64,000 bases of DNA, from contig JAWLHY010000001.1 in the NCBI GenBank assembly GCA_041690135.1, forward strand, positions 1,216,001 to 1,280,000, in the 5' to 3' direction. Positions 48,718 through 58,163 of the stretch are shown one piece after another; the first letter of the stretch is position 1; each line of letters opens with the position of its first letter. This DNA comes from Armatimonadota bacterium (lineage in GTDB: Bacteria; Armatimonadota; SYMT01). Made by a program: the position numbers and the translations under genes. The notes under the pieces are model-generated. The model saw only the letters and a program-made list of their open reading frames with translations. It did not search any database and had not been told where the DNA came from.

Positions 48718-49179
48718 AAGGGTCCAAGGAAAGCCCGAAGGCCCTGCCTCCTTTTTGACGCTCGACAACCAACCAGAGACGCGCGGCCATTCCGGTGAGC
48801 ATGACGGAGTCCCGCTGCCGGGTGCCCCTTGGGCGTGGGCCTTCGCGAGTATGGATCGGGAACCTGGGTGGGCGAACTCGTACGGGTCCAGGAGCGGCGA
48901 CCAGGAATGGAACCATGGGGTGCGTGGGAGAAACTGAGCAGTTTCAGGAACCAGGACCAGTGCGGTTGCCCGCCGCCCGCCACGGAATGGAATTCCCCAA
49001 CACCCACTCTGTGGGTACCCGGCACATGTGCGCGGCTACTGCAGAGTGAAACCCCTTTGGGGTTAACGCGGCACAAGACCGGTTCAAATCTGCGCAGTTA
49101 CTCCTGCACATCCACTAGACACCCGCAAACAGAGGGCAGCGCGGTTGTAAGCCTTCGGTCTCGCCCGCCTCAAACAGAA

Positions 49180-49211
49180 AGGGGAGCCGCCCAAACTTCG
49201 GCGGCTCCCCT
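49180..49211 (-). terminator. Intrinsic terminator
   Basis: Stem AGGGGAGCCGCC/GGCGGCTCCCCT followed on the minus strand by a T-rich tract, downstream of 49256..50422. Confidence 0.7.
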
Positions 49212-49255
49212 GCTATCTCTTTCACTTGCCTTGTTACCGGAACTCCGGTTAAGGG

Positions 49256-50422
49256 CTAATCCACCTGCACCACGTCGGTCCAGGCGCCGTTGTCCTGGCT
49301 GCTGGCGACGGCGGACTCGATGAACGCCATGCCAGCGGCGCCGTCGACCACGTCGGGGTGCGGGAACGGGTCGGGCACCGTTTCGCCGTTGGCGCGCCGG
49401 ATCTGGAACTGCAGCGTCTTGTGCAGGTTGGCCAGCGCCTCGTGGAAGCCTTCCGGATGGCCGCTGGGCAGCCGCAGGTACGGCTTGATGCTGGCCGGGA
49501 AGTAGCCGTACTCGGCTCCCAGGCGGTAGGTCGCCACCGGTTCGCCCGGCTTGTAGAGACGGAGCGACATGTGGTCGGTCATCGACCACTCCAGGGTCCC
49601 CTTCTCGCCGATGACGCGGAAGCCGTTGTCGTTCTGCGAACCGATGGTGACCTGCGAGGCCGTAATCGTGGCGATGCCGCCGTTGTTCAGGCGGGCCAGC
49701 ACCGTGAAATCATCATCCAGGGCTCGGCCCTGAACAAAGGTCTTCAAGCGGGCGCTTACCTGCACGGCGCTGAGGCCAGCCACGAACCGCACGAACTCGT
49801 AGGCGTGCGTGCCGATGTCGCCGCCGCAGCCGGAAGCGCCGGACTTCTTCGGATCGACGCGCCACTGGGCCTGCTGGACGCCCGCGTCTTCCGTGCGGCT
49901 GGCGAGCCAGCCCTGGGGATACCACGCCTCCACCTTGCGTACTTCGCCGATTTCGCCGGCGCGGACCATTTCCTTCGCCAGCATCACCATGGGGAGCCCG
50001 GTGTAGGTGTAGGCCACGATGAACGGGAGACCCTTCTCCTTCGCCAGGCGGACAAGGTCTTGCGACTCTTCGAGGGTGATGGTGAGCGGTTTCTCACAGA
50101 GCACCGGGAAGCCGGCCTCCAGCGAAGCCTTCGCCACCGGATAGTGCGAGTCGTTCGGCGTAACGATCGTAACGTAGTCCATCCGCTGGTCCGCGGGAAG
50201 CGCGGCCTCTTCGCGGATCATGCTCTGGAAATCCGGGTAGCCCCGGGTGAAGAAAAGTTCGCGGGCCGAATCGAGAGAGCCCTGGGCACTGGAGCGAAGG
50301 GCGCCGGCGGTGAGTTCGGCCGAGTTATCCATCAGGATAGCGGTGCGATGCGGTCCGCCGAAGAAGTTGGCCGGACCACCGCCACCCACCATTCCCACAC
50401 GAAGCTTGCGACTTGCAGACAT
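49256..50422 (-). CDS. Gfo/Idh/MocA family oxidoreductase
   Basis: VGMVGGG; IVTPNDSHY; CEKP; YPQGWL; GDIGTHA; PSGHPEG. Confidence 0.92.
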   Translation of the reverse strand: MSASRKLRVGMVGGGGPANFFGGPHRTAILMDNSAELTAGALRSSAQGSLDSARELFFTRGYPDFQSMIREEAALPADQRMDYVTIVTPNDSHYPVAKASLEAGFPVLCEKPLTITLEESQDLVRLAKEKGLPFIVAYTYTGLPMVMLAKEMVRAGEIGEVRKVEAWYPQGWLASRTEDAGVQQAQWRVDPKKSGASGCGGDIGTHAYEFVRFVAGLSAVQVSARLKTFVQGRALDDDFTVLARLNNGGIATITASQVTIGSQNDNGFRVIGEKGTLEWSMTDHMSLRLYKPGEPVATYRLGAEYGYFPASIKPYLRLPSGHPEGFHEALANLHKTLQFQIRRANGETVPDPFPHPDVVDGAAGMAFIESAVASSQDNGAWTDVVQVD

Positions 50423-50685
50423 AGCTCTGTCTGATCCTCTGTGATCGAAGTTGCGGAGTGCGAGGGGTTCTTGCGGAGTGCGCGAGGCAACTCGCCGGGC
50501 GGACTCGGATGAACGAGCGCCGCCGAGCCGCGCGCTGCGCGCGGGGATGCCGCACTACCGGGCAGAGTGTTCAGCGCTCAAGCCCGCGCGTCCTCCTGAA
50601 AGGGCGTTGGCCCCCCCTGTGGGGGGTAAACGTTGGGCATTGGGCGTTCAGTCGGGTGGAAACCTGAACGCCCAACGCCTGAACG

Positions 50686-50924
50686 ATGCTGTTGGCAAAG
50701 TCTCCAGGATCGGCTGCAGTTGCACTGCAGCCGGCGGGTGCCGGGCACCCCCTGGGTGTGGGCGATCGTGCGCAGTTGCACTGCGCCGCTCCCGACCTCG
50801 TGCCCGCATTGGCGATTCGGGTGAGTTGCGACGACTGCGAGACCACGGGCTTCCGCAGTGCAACTGCGGGGCGAAGGGTTCCGCGGGCAGTGCAACTGCC
50901 CGCGATAGAATTTCCCAACAGCAT
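50686..50924. mobile_element. MITE-like element with 18-bp imperfect TIRs and four internal hairpins
   Basis: ATGCTGTTGGCAAAGTCT versus the reverse complement of AGAATTTCCCAACAGCAT (16/18); internal GCAGTTGCACTGC twice and GCAGTGCAACTGC twice. Confidence 0.6.
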
Positions 50925-50934
50925 TCCGAAGGCC

Positions 50935-51777
50935 CTACGGTTCCCAGTCCAGACTGATGTCCAGCGCGGTCACCGAATGCGTCAGGGCGCCGACGCTGAT
51001 GAGGTCGACACCGGCTTCGGCGATGGCGCGGACGGTGCTCTCGTTTACCCCTCCGGAGGCTTCGGTGAGGGCACGGCCGCGGCAGAGGGTCACGGCCTGG
51101 CGGAGGGTGTTGAGATCCATATTGTCGAGCAGCAGCACCTCGGCGCCGGCTTCCAGCGCCTCCCGGACTTGCTCCAGGGTCTCGACCTCGACCTCGACCT
51201 TCAGCAGATGCTGCGCGCTGCGTCGGGCTCCTTCCACGGCGGCGCGGATGTTGCCGGCGGCCTGGATGTGATTGTCCTTGATCAGCACGCCGTCGTAGAG
51301 GCCGATGCGGTGGTTGTGACCGCCGCCGACCCGGACCGCATACTTGCAAAAGCTGCGGTAGCCGGGGAGCGTCTTGCGGGTATCCACGATGCGCGCTCCG
51401 GTCCCTTCCACCAGCGCGACGAAGCGCGCCGTGCGGGTAGCGATGCCGGATAGGAATTGAACCAGATTCAGCGCCACGCGCTCGCCGGTCAACAGCGCTT
51501 GCGATGGGCCTTCCACCCGCGCGACGTACATTCCGGGGCGCAGCAGGTCGCCATCGGCGGCGAGAAGCTCCACCTTCACCGCCGGGTTCAGTTGGGCGTA
51601 AACGGCCGTTACGAAGTCAATGCCGGCGAGGCGCCCCTCGGCTTTGGCCTGGAAACGGGCGCTGCCGGTGGCCGACGCCGGGACCGTCGAAAGCGTGGTG
51701 ATATCGCCCGGCCCCACGTCTTCGGCGAGGGCGAGGGCGACAAGACGGTCGATTTCAGTTGGGTTCAGGGTGTGCAC
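50935..51777 (-). CDS. nadC: Quinolinate phosphoribosyltransferase
   Basis: EDVGPGDITT; ERVALN; DTRKTLPG; HRIGLYDGVLIKDNH; EVEVE; LLDNM; EASGG; SVGALTHS. Confidence 0.96.
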   Translation of the reverse strand: MHTLNPTEIDRLVALALAEDVGPGDITTLSTVPASATGSARFQAKAEGRLAGIDFVTAVYAQLNPAVKVELLAADGDLLRPGMYVARVEGPSQALLTGERVALNLVQFLSGIATRTARFVALVEGTGARIVDTRKTLPGYRSFCKYAVRVGGGHNHRIGLYDGVLIKDNHIQAAGNIRAAVEGARRSAQHLLKVEVEVETLEQVREALEAGAEVLLLDNMDLNTLRQAVTLCRGRALTEASGGVNESTVRAIAEAGVDLISVGALTHSVTALDISLDWEP

Positions 51778-51787
51778 AACAAACGGT

Positions 51788-52633
51788 TTACGGCACCAGC
51801 ACGGTATTGTCAATGAGCCGTGTCGAACCGACGTAGATCGCTCCGGCCAGTAGGGCGGGCCGCTCCACGCGATCCACCGGCGTCAGCTCCGTCGCCTCCA
51901 CCAGTTCCAGGTAATCGAGGCGGACCCCGGATTCCGCTTCGACTTCCGCGCGCGCGGCTTGTAGCAGCGCTTCCGCCGCCCGTTCTCCGTCCGCAAAGCG
52001 GGCGCGCGCCGCCGAGAGCGCCCGGTGCAGGGCGAGCCCGCTAACCCGCTGTTCGGGCGAGAGATACCGGTTCCGGCTGCTCATGGCCAGGCCGTCGGCC
52101 TCCCGCACGATTGGGCAGGGTACGATCTCGATCGGAAAGTCCAGGTCCCGCGTCATCTGCCGGATCACCTGGAGCTGCTGGTAGTCCTTCTCTCCAAAGT
52201 AGGCACGGTCCGGCTGGACCATGTTGAACAGCTTGGCGACGACCGTGGTGACCCCGCGGAAGTGGGTGGGCCGGGAGGCGCCGCAGAGGCCCTGTGTGAG
52301 GTCTTCGACCGTTACCCAGGTGCGTGAACCGGGTGGGTAGACTTCTTCCACGGGAGGGGCGAACAGGAGATCGGCGCCGGTGGATGCCGCCATCCGGCGG
52401 TCGCCTTCGAGGTCGCGGGGGTAGCGGCTAAGGTCTTCGCTGGGACCGAACTGGGTGGGGTTGACGAAGAGGGTCACCACCACGAATCCGCATTCCGCCT
52501 TCGCCCGGCGCATCAGTTCCAGGTGCCCCTCGTGGAACGCGCCCATGGTCGGCACGACGCCAATAACGCTCCCCCCCGCTCGCGCCGCCCGAACCCGTTC
52601 GCGCAGTTCGACCACGCGATTGACTACGTCCAC
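51788..52633 (-). CDS. panC: Pantoate--beta-alanine ligase
   Basis: VPTMGAFHEGH; FVNPTQF; RPTHFRGV; FGEKDYQQ; MSSRN; RLIDN. Confidence 0.96.
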   Translation of the reverse strand: MDVVNRVVELRERVRAARAGGSVIGVVPTMGAFHEGHLELMRRAKAECGFVVVTLFVNPTQFGPSEDLSRYPRDLEGDRRMAASTGADLLFAPPVEEVYPPGSRTWVTVEDLTQGLCGASRPTHFRGVTTVVAKLFNMVQPDRAYFGEKDYQQLQVIRQMTRDLDFPIEIVPCPIVREADGLAMSSRNRYLSPEQRVSGLALHRALSAARARFADGERAAEALLQAARAEVEAESGVRLDYLELVEATELTPVDRVERPALLAGAIYVGSTRLIDNTVLVP

Positions 52634-53466
52634 GAGGTGGGGTCCTCCAGGTCCTTCTGGTGAATGGTGTTCTCCTCGGCCGGGAACGTTCCCGCGCGCA
52701 CCTCGGCGGCGTAGCGGGAGAGCGCCTCGCGGATGGTGGACCCTACTTCCGCGTAGCGCTTCGCATGTCGGGGACGGAACTGCTCGTAGAGGCCGAGAAG
52801 ATCGTGAAAGATCTGCACCTCGCCGTCGCATCCTGGGCCCGCGCCGATCCCGATGGTGGGGATCCGCAATTCCTGGGATACGGCGGCGGAGACTTCCGCG
52901 GGGATCAATTCGAGCACGATTCCGAAGGCGCCGGCCGCTTCGAGTGCGCGGGCATCTTCCAGGAGCTTTCGGGCGTGTTCCTTTTGCCGCGCCTGGATTT
53001 TCCAGCCGCCGAAGCCGTGCACCCCCTGGGGTGTAAGGCCGAGGTGCCCCATCACGGGGATACCGGCGGCGGTGAGACGCTCCACGATGGGGAGAACGGG
53101 ACCGGCTCCCTCGACCTTGACCGCGGCCGCTCCCCCTTCCTGGATGAGGCGGCCGGCGTTTCGCATCGCCTCGTCCGCCCCCACCTGATAAGTGAGAAAC
53201 GGCATATCGGCGATAACCAACGCCCGCGGCCGCGCGCGACAGACCGCGCGGGTGTGATGCAGGATATCTTCCAGCGTCACGGGGACCGTCGTGTCATAGC
53301 CCAGCACCACCATGCCGAGCGAATCTCCCACCAGGATCGCGTCGACGCCCGCCTGGTCGACATAGGTGGCAGAAGGAAAATCGTAGGCGGTCAGGACGAC
53401 GATCTTCTCGCCGCGGGCCTTCTTCGCAATCAGGTCCGGCGCCCTCACCGGTTGCCGCTGTTCCAT
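52624..53466 (-). CDS. panB: 3-methyl-2-oxobutanoate hydroxymethyltransferase
   Basis: LTAYD; LVGDSLGM; ADMPF; VKVEG; HLGLTPQ; PTIGIGAG. Confidence 0.96.
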   Translation of the reverse strand: MEQRQPVRAPDLIAKKARGEKIVVLTAYDFPSATYVDQAGVDAILVGDSLGMVVLGYDTTVPVTLEDILHHTRAVCRARPRALVIADMPFLTYQVGADEAMRNAGRLIQEGGAAAVKVEGAGPVLPIVERLTAAGIPVMGHLGLTPQGVHGFGGWKIQARQKEHARKLLEDARALEAAGAFGIVLELIPAEVSAAVSQELRIPTIGIGAGPGCDGEVQIFHDLLGLYEQFRPRHAKRYAEVGSTIREALSRYAAEVRAGTFPAEENTIHQKDLEDPTSWT

Positions 53467-53591
53467 TACTCAGTACCTTCGAACCCCATCAAGACCACTG
53501 CTGGCGCTGCCCCTCGCCCAAACCCTTAAACCGTTGCAAAGCCTAGGATGCCCGGTAGTCCCTTACAAGGTCAGAACCGCCCTCGTCCGGT

Positions 53592-53683
53592 TCCTCATCT
53601 TTATCCTTATCCTAATCCGCCGCAGGCCTGGTCCTCATCCTCATCTTAATCGGCCGCAGGCATTCCTAATCCGGCCGCAGGCC
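53592..53683. repeat. Three units of (CCT(C/A/T)AT)n plus (G)GCCGCAGGC(C)
   Basis: ...CTAATCCGCCGCAGGCC...TTAATCGGCCGCAGGCA...CTAATCCGGCCGCAGGCC. Confidence 0.6.
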
Positions 53684-54912
53684 TATCCTGCCCATCCCGG
53701 TCGGAACCAGTCGCCGACCAGCCAGCCCACGAGGGTGGTGATGAAGATCACGTTGCCACCCAGCACCAGGGTCTGCCCCTGCGCTCCCTCCGGGGCTGCG
53801 AGGAAGAAGCCCAGGGTGAGCATCACGACCGCCGCGAGCACCCCACTGATGGAGGGAGAACGTCCGCCCTTGAAATGGGTGATCGCCAGGTATCCCAGCA
53901 GGGCCAGTGGGAAGAAGAACATCCCCAGGAAACCCAGCACCAGCCCGATTGGGAGGCTGAAGCGATCCGCTCCGACCGTGGCCTCCACCAGTTGCCGCTG
54001 GAACGTGTCCAGCAGCGTGGATGAGGCCAGCACGGCGCCGGAGAGGAAGCCCACGATCACCATGGAAGCGAAGTGCGCGACCGTCCACTGATCGACGAAG
54101 GGAAGGTCGAGCCTCTGGGATTGGAGACTGGGACCCCAGAACATCAGGAAGAGGATCACGGCGCACCCAAAGCAGGCGAGCCCCAGTTGGTAGCTAGCCC
54201 GCCCAGTGCCGGATACGCCACCCCCCCGCAGTCCCGCGCCGGCTCGCCCCGTCCCGCCCACTTGCGCGGCCGCTTCTTCGAACTTGCGGCGGAGGCGGGG
54301 TTCGTTGGGCAGGAGTTGCAGGGCCAGAGTGTAGTTGTCCAGGGCCGCGTTCCAGCGCCCCTGGCGGGAGGCGATGTCGCCCAGCATCTGGTACGCCTCT
54401 CCTACGCGGGAAATCTCCAGCACCTCCTGACACAGGCGCTTCGCCTCCGCCAGGTGTCCCCTCTGGAAGGCGACACGGGCATCGTCCATCAGGCGGGTAA
54501 CCTTCTGCCGCTTCTTCTCCTTTTCCTCACGCGCGCGGTCCGCCGTGGGGCGCGCGGCGCCTGGGGCCGTAAAGCCGCTGCCGGAGGTGTCGGCCCGACC
54601 CGCCGAACCATTGGCTGAAGGGCGCTGGGTGAACGGCGCCGAACCGAACGACCCCGCGCGGAATTCCGTCTCTTTTCGCGCCTGCAGGCGGCGATCCAGG
54701 TCGTAGGTGGCGCGCCGGTTCGCGTCGCTGAGGACCTCGTACGCCTGGCTGATCCGCACGAAGACTTCATGCATTTCGGGGCGGTCCCGGTGCAGGTCGG
54801 GATGGTACTCCCTCGCCAGTTGCCGGAAGCGTTTCTTGATCTGCTCTGGAGTGGCATCATCCGGCAGGCCCATCACCTCATAGTGGGACTTGCCGTTATT
54901 CACCCCCGCCAC
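53683..54912 (-). CDS. J-domain (DnaJ) / TPR / multi-TM protein
   Basis: SHYEVMGL..EYHPD..AYEVLSD; TPR helices; about 5 C-terminal TM segments. Confidence 0.85.
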   Translation of the reverse strand: MAGVNNGKSHYEVMGLPDDATPEQIKKRFRQLAREYHPDLHRDRPEMHEVFVRISQAYEVLSDANRRATYDLDRRLQARKETEFRAGSFGSAPFTQRPSANGSAGRADTSGSGFTAPGAARPTADRAREEKEKKRQKVTRLMDDARVAFQRGHLAEAKRLCQEVLEISRVGEAYQMLGDIASRQGRWNAALDNYTLALQLLPNEPRLRRKFEEAAAQVGGTGRAGAGLRGGGVSGTGRASYQLGLACFGCAVILFLMFWGPSLQSQRLDLPFVDQWTVAHFASMVIVGFLSGAVLASSTLLDTFQRQLVEATVGADRFSLPIGLVLGFLGMFFFPLALLGYLAITHFKGGRSPSISGVLAAVVMLTLGFFLAAPEGAQGQTLVLGGNVIFITTLVGWLVGDWFRPGWAG

Positions 54913-56131
54913 CCCCTACGTTGTTCATAATTCCGCCCAGGTAGCCGCCGTAGAAGGTGATGACCTTATAGGCGACCAGGATGGCGACGATCACCAGCAC
55001 GACGACCCCCAGCACGACGACGAGTTGCGTGGTGGAGTGCCGCGACTCTTGCTCGTAAAAGTCGGCCGCCTTATCCAGCATCGTATCCAGGTTGCCGCTG
55101 GTCTCCCCGGTGTGGACCATCCCGGTAAACATCGGCGGGAAAAACCCAGATCCCGCCATCACCTGAGCCACGGGCACGCCGCGCTCGATGGCCGGCACCA
55201 TTCGGCCGGAGTGTTGTTCCAGGGCGTAATTCCCGCACGATTCCCCCGCTAAGCCGACTGCGGAAGCGATCGGGACGCCGGCCCCATACAGGGAGGCCAA
55301 CGTGCGCGCGAACCGCCCGGCCGCCAGCTTGCGCACGAGAGGGCCGACTACCGGCAGGCTTAGCTTGAGCTGGTCGTAGAACTCACGCCCGCTGGTGGAC
55401 GTGAAGAAGACGCGACTCGCCAGCCAGAGCGGAATGCAGATCATGCCGATCGTCAACAAAAGGCTTCCCAGGGATGAGAGATAGCCCATGAGCGTTAGGG
55501 GAATGTTGATCGGCAACACCAGTACGAGTAGCCCCAACACCAGCTTGGGATAAAGCGTCTTCCGGCGGATGTCCTGGCGGACCTCCCATTCCCGTTCCAG
55601 GTATTCGGCCAGGCGACGGAAGATCTCAACGAGCATTCCGCCCGATTCCCCCGCCTCCACCATCCGCACCTGCATCTTATCGAACAGCCAGGGGTACCGG
55701 GTCATCGCCTCGGAAAAGCGTCCGCCCTGCAGGATGTGCTGCCCGATGGCCTGGACGACCCGCCGAAGCTGGGAGTTGGTCGTTTGGGAAGGGTTGGAAA
55801 GCATCTCCATCGCCTGGAAGATGCCGACGCCCGAATTCAACAGGGTGTAGAGCTGTCGGTAGAACAGGGAGAGGTCTTTAGCGGGGACCGGGGCGATGAC
55901 CCGCTTGGTTACGCTGGTTTCGCGGGTGGACCCGTAGGCGGCCGTCACCGCACCGGTAATGCCGGCGGTGGAAGGTACCTCTTTACGACTGGATCCGCGT
56001 TCCTTGAGGTCGGTCACCCACAACCCCTGATCCCGAAGTGTGGAAACTGCCCGGGAGTTGGACTCCGCCTCCACCGTGCCGGTAGTCTGGTTCCCGGTCT
56101 GGTCCCGGGCGGTGTAGACGAAGACAGGCAT
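54896..56131 (-). CDS. Type II secretion F / PilC family platform protein
   Basis: MPVFVYTARD; FYRQLYTLLNSGV; AGESGG; LYP; FARTLASLYGAGVP; GETSGNLD. Confidence 0.92.
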   Translation of the reverse strand: MPVFVYTARDQTGNQTTGTVEAESNSRAVSTLRDQGLWVTDLKERGSSRKEVPSTAGITGAVTAAYGSTRETSVTKRVIAPVPAKDLSLFYRQLYTLLNSGVGIFQAMEMLSNPSQTTNSQLRRVVQAIGQHILQGGRFSEAMTRYPWLFDKMQVRMVEAGESGGMLVEIFRRLAEYLEREWEVRQDIRRKTLYPKLVLGLLVLVLPINIPLTLMGYLSSLGSLLLTIGMICIPLWLASRVFFTSTSGREFYDQLKLSLPVVGPLVRKLAAGRFARTLASLYGAGVPIASAVGLAGESCGNYALEQHSGRMVPAIERGVPVAQVMAGSGFFPPMFTGMVHTGETSGNLDTMLDKAADFYEQESRHSTTQLVVVLGVVVLVIVAILVAYKVITFYGGYLGGIMNNVGGGGGE

Positions 56132-56143
56132 TGTTCAGGCTCT

Positions 56144-57412
56144 TCACTCGAAACTGATCTGCAGGATAGCCGAACCGTAGCACCAGTACAGGAAGCACAC
56201 GACGATCGGGGTCAGCATCAGCGCCCAGGCGACGAAAGAGATGGAAGCGCGCGTCACGCCCGCGGTTATCGCGCTACGCACCTCTTCTTCATACCGGTCT
56301 GCCAGATACCGAAGTGCCTCCGGGATCTCGCCTGTGCTCTCCCCCGTTGCAACCATGCCCACATCGGCCAGGTCCAACAGACCGGTTTGCTGCATCCCCA
56401 CGCTCATTCTAGCACTGCTCTCCACCGCTGGTTTACTCTGCAGGAAACGCTCGGCCAGGTAGAGGTTCGGAACGGCGCGGGAGGCGGCTTCCCAGGCGTT
56501 GGCCGGGAGCTGCCCCGCGTGATAAAGCCACTGCAGCGTCCGCGTGAACACAGCCGTCGACCGGAGCCGATTGATCTTACCCAGGATCGGAAGCCGCAGC
56601 AGGAATTGATGCCACGCGTAAGCCCGGTCCGGGCTGCGGCGGAGACGGGAGAGCCCGAAGAGGATGCCCCCGTACACCAGGGAACATGGGAGCGTGAAAA
56701 AGAGCAGCGCTTGCCCGATGGCCGGAAGGCTGGAGCCCAGGAAGTCCGCCCCCGTGGTGGCGTTTCCGGTGAGGGCCAGGATCATCGACCGCAAGCCCCA
56801 GATCAGTGCGATGATCAGGAAGAAGGCAAAGAGGCTGACGTGGAAGAACCCGGCAAAGACCCCTAGGCGGCGGCGAGCGTTATCTTCTTGTTCGTAGCGC
56901 TGGGCGAGCGCCTCAAAGGCCTCGGGCAGGCAGCCGGCTACTTCTCCGGCACGTACAATCCCGACGTCGCCGGCCCGGAAAATAAGCGGGTAGCGTTCCA
57001 TCTGGGCGGAGAGCGACGAGCCGTCCCGGATGGCCAGCGCCATCTCGTAGAGCATCTGCCGTAGCTGCGCGTCCGCTACCTGGCCCGACACCGTGTGGAG
57101 CACCTGGAACGCCGGCATCCCCGCCCGGAATGAGATGAACAACTGATGATACATCCGCGCGATGCCGCGCTCCGAGGCGGAAAGGGGTGACACGCCGCCA
57201 GGGGCAGTCGCAGCACCGGGCTTCGGGGGGGCCGTCGAGACTCGGGCAGTGCTCCCCGTGGCCGGGGCTCCATTGGGCGCCATTTGCACCAGGGTCGGTC
57301 GATAGCCCATTGCCAGCAGACGGCTGTTCAGGGCGGCCTCGTCGCTGACCTGCATCGCCCCGACGACCCGATTCCCGGTGCGGTCCAGCGCCTCATAACG
57401 GTAGAGCGGCAT
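56144..57412 (-). CDS. Type II secretion F / PilC family protein (divergent paralogue)
   Basis: MPLYRYEALDRTG; AGEVAG; FTRTLQWLYHAG; TGESTGEI. Confidence 0.88.
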   Translation of the reverse strand: MPLYRYEALDRTGNRVVGAMQVSDEAALNSRLLAMGYRPTLVQMAPNGAPATGSTARVSTAPPKPGAATAPGGVSPLSASERGIARMYHQLFISFRAGMPAFQVLHTVSGQVADAQLRQMLYEMALAIRDGSSLSAQMERYPLIFRAGDVGIVRAGEVAGCLPEAFEALAQRYEQEDNARRRLGVFAGFFHVSLFAFFLIIALIWGLRSMILALTGNATTGADFLGSSLPAIGQALLFFTLPCSLVYGGILFGLSRLRRSPDRAYAWHQFLLRLPILGKINRLRSTAVFTRTLQWLYHAGQLPANAWEAASRAVPNLYLAERFLQSKPAVESSARMSVGMQQTGLLDLADVGMVATGESTGEIPEALRYLADRYEEEVRSAITAGVTRASISFVAWALMLTPIVVCFLYWCYGSAILQISFE

Positions 57413-57866
57413 GGCGCAGTTCCTCCACGACCTCGGGAGCGATTTCCTGGAGCGGCTCCCAGACGAATGGGCGGTTGAGAATCTCCGGATGCGGTACCTG
57501 GAGCTGGGGCGTATCGACCCGACGCCGACCGTAGAGCAACAGGTCGATGTCGATCAGGCGCGGCCCCCAGCGGAAGGTAGGGGTCCGTCCCAACTCGCGC
57601 TCTATCTGCTTCACGGAGTCCAGCAACTCTTCCGGCGCCAGCACCGACCGGACCTCCGTTACCGCGTTGAGGAATGCCGGTTGGTCTTCCACCCCCCACG
57701 GCTCCGTTTCCCAAAAGCCGGAGGACCGGACAACCCGGGTTCCCGGTAGATGCTCGATGTGCTCCAGTGCAGCCCGGAGGTTCGCCTCCCGGTCACCCAG
57801 GTTGCTCCCCAGCCCCAGGAAAATGCGCTCCGCACTATCTCTCTCCTGCACCTGCGCTGCTGACAT
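57393..57866 (-). CDS. folK: 2-amino-4-hydroxy-6-hydroxymethyldihydropteridine diphosphokinase
   Basis: LGLGSNLGDR; FLNAV; RWGPRLIDIDLL; PHP..RPFV. Confidence 0.95.
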   Translation of the reverse strand: MSAAQVQERDSAERIFLGLGSNLGDREANLRAALEHIEHLPGTRVVRSSGFWETEPWGVEDQPAFLNAVTEVRSVLAPEELLDSVKQIERELGRTPTFRWGPRLIDIDLLLYGRRRVDTPQLQVPHPEILNRPFVWEPLQEIAPEVVEELRHAALPL

Positions 57867-58163
57867 CGGAAAGCCTTTCAGGATCGGCCGGCAATCTATA
57901 CTACCAACCCCCGGCACTCCCCACAATCGCTCTCCCGGAAAAGCGACTCTCCTGGTCTAAACGCTCCCACGCGCTCAGAAGATACGCGAACCGTAGAACG
58001 GTCATCGAACGCAGTCAGCTGCGCACTCGGGACCATCTGTCTACTCTGTGATGAGGCGAGAATGTGGTTTGAAGCAGATTTCGCAATCGCGACTTTGACG
58101 CCCGAAGCCTGTTGCGGAAGTAGGCATTTGGATCGATTGCCGCTACCCTGTCGTCGCCCGCCT

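Noticed and set aside
49081-49092. GGTTCAAATC resembling a tRNA T-loop
   Set aside because: The flanks do not form a T-stem or a cloverleaf.
50711-50904. Possible CRISPR array
   Set aside because: The repeats are only 13 bp, irregularly spaced and in both orientations, and there are no cas genes.
57930-58160. Folate or pterin riboswitch upstream of folK
   Set aside because: No recognisable aptamer consensus by eye; an Rfam scan would be needed.
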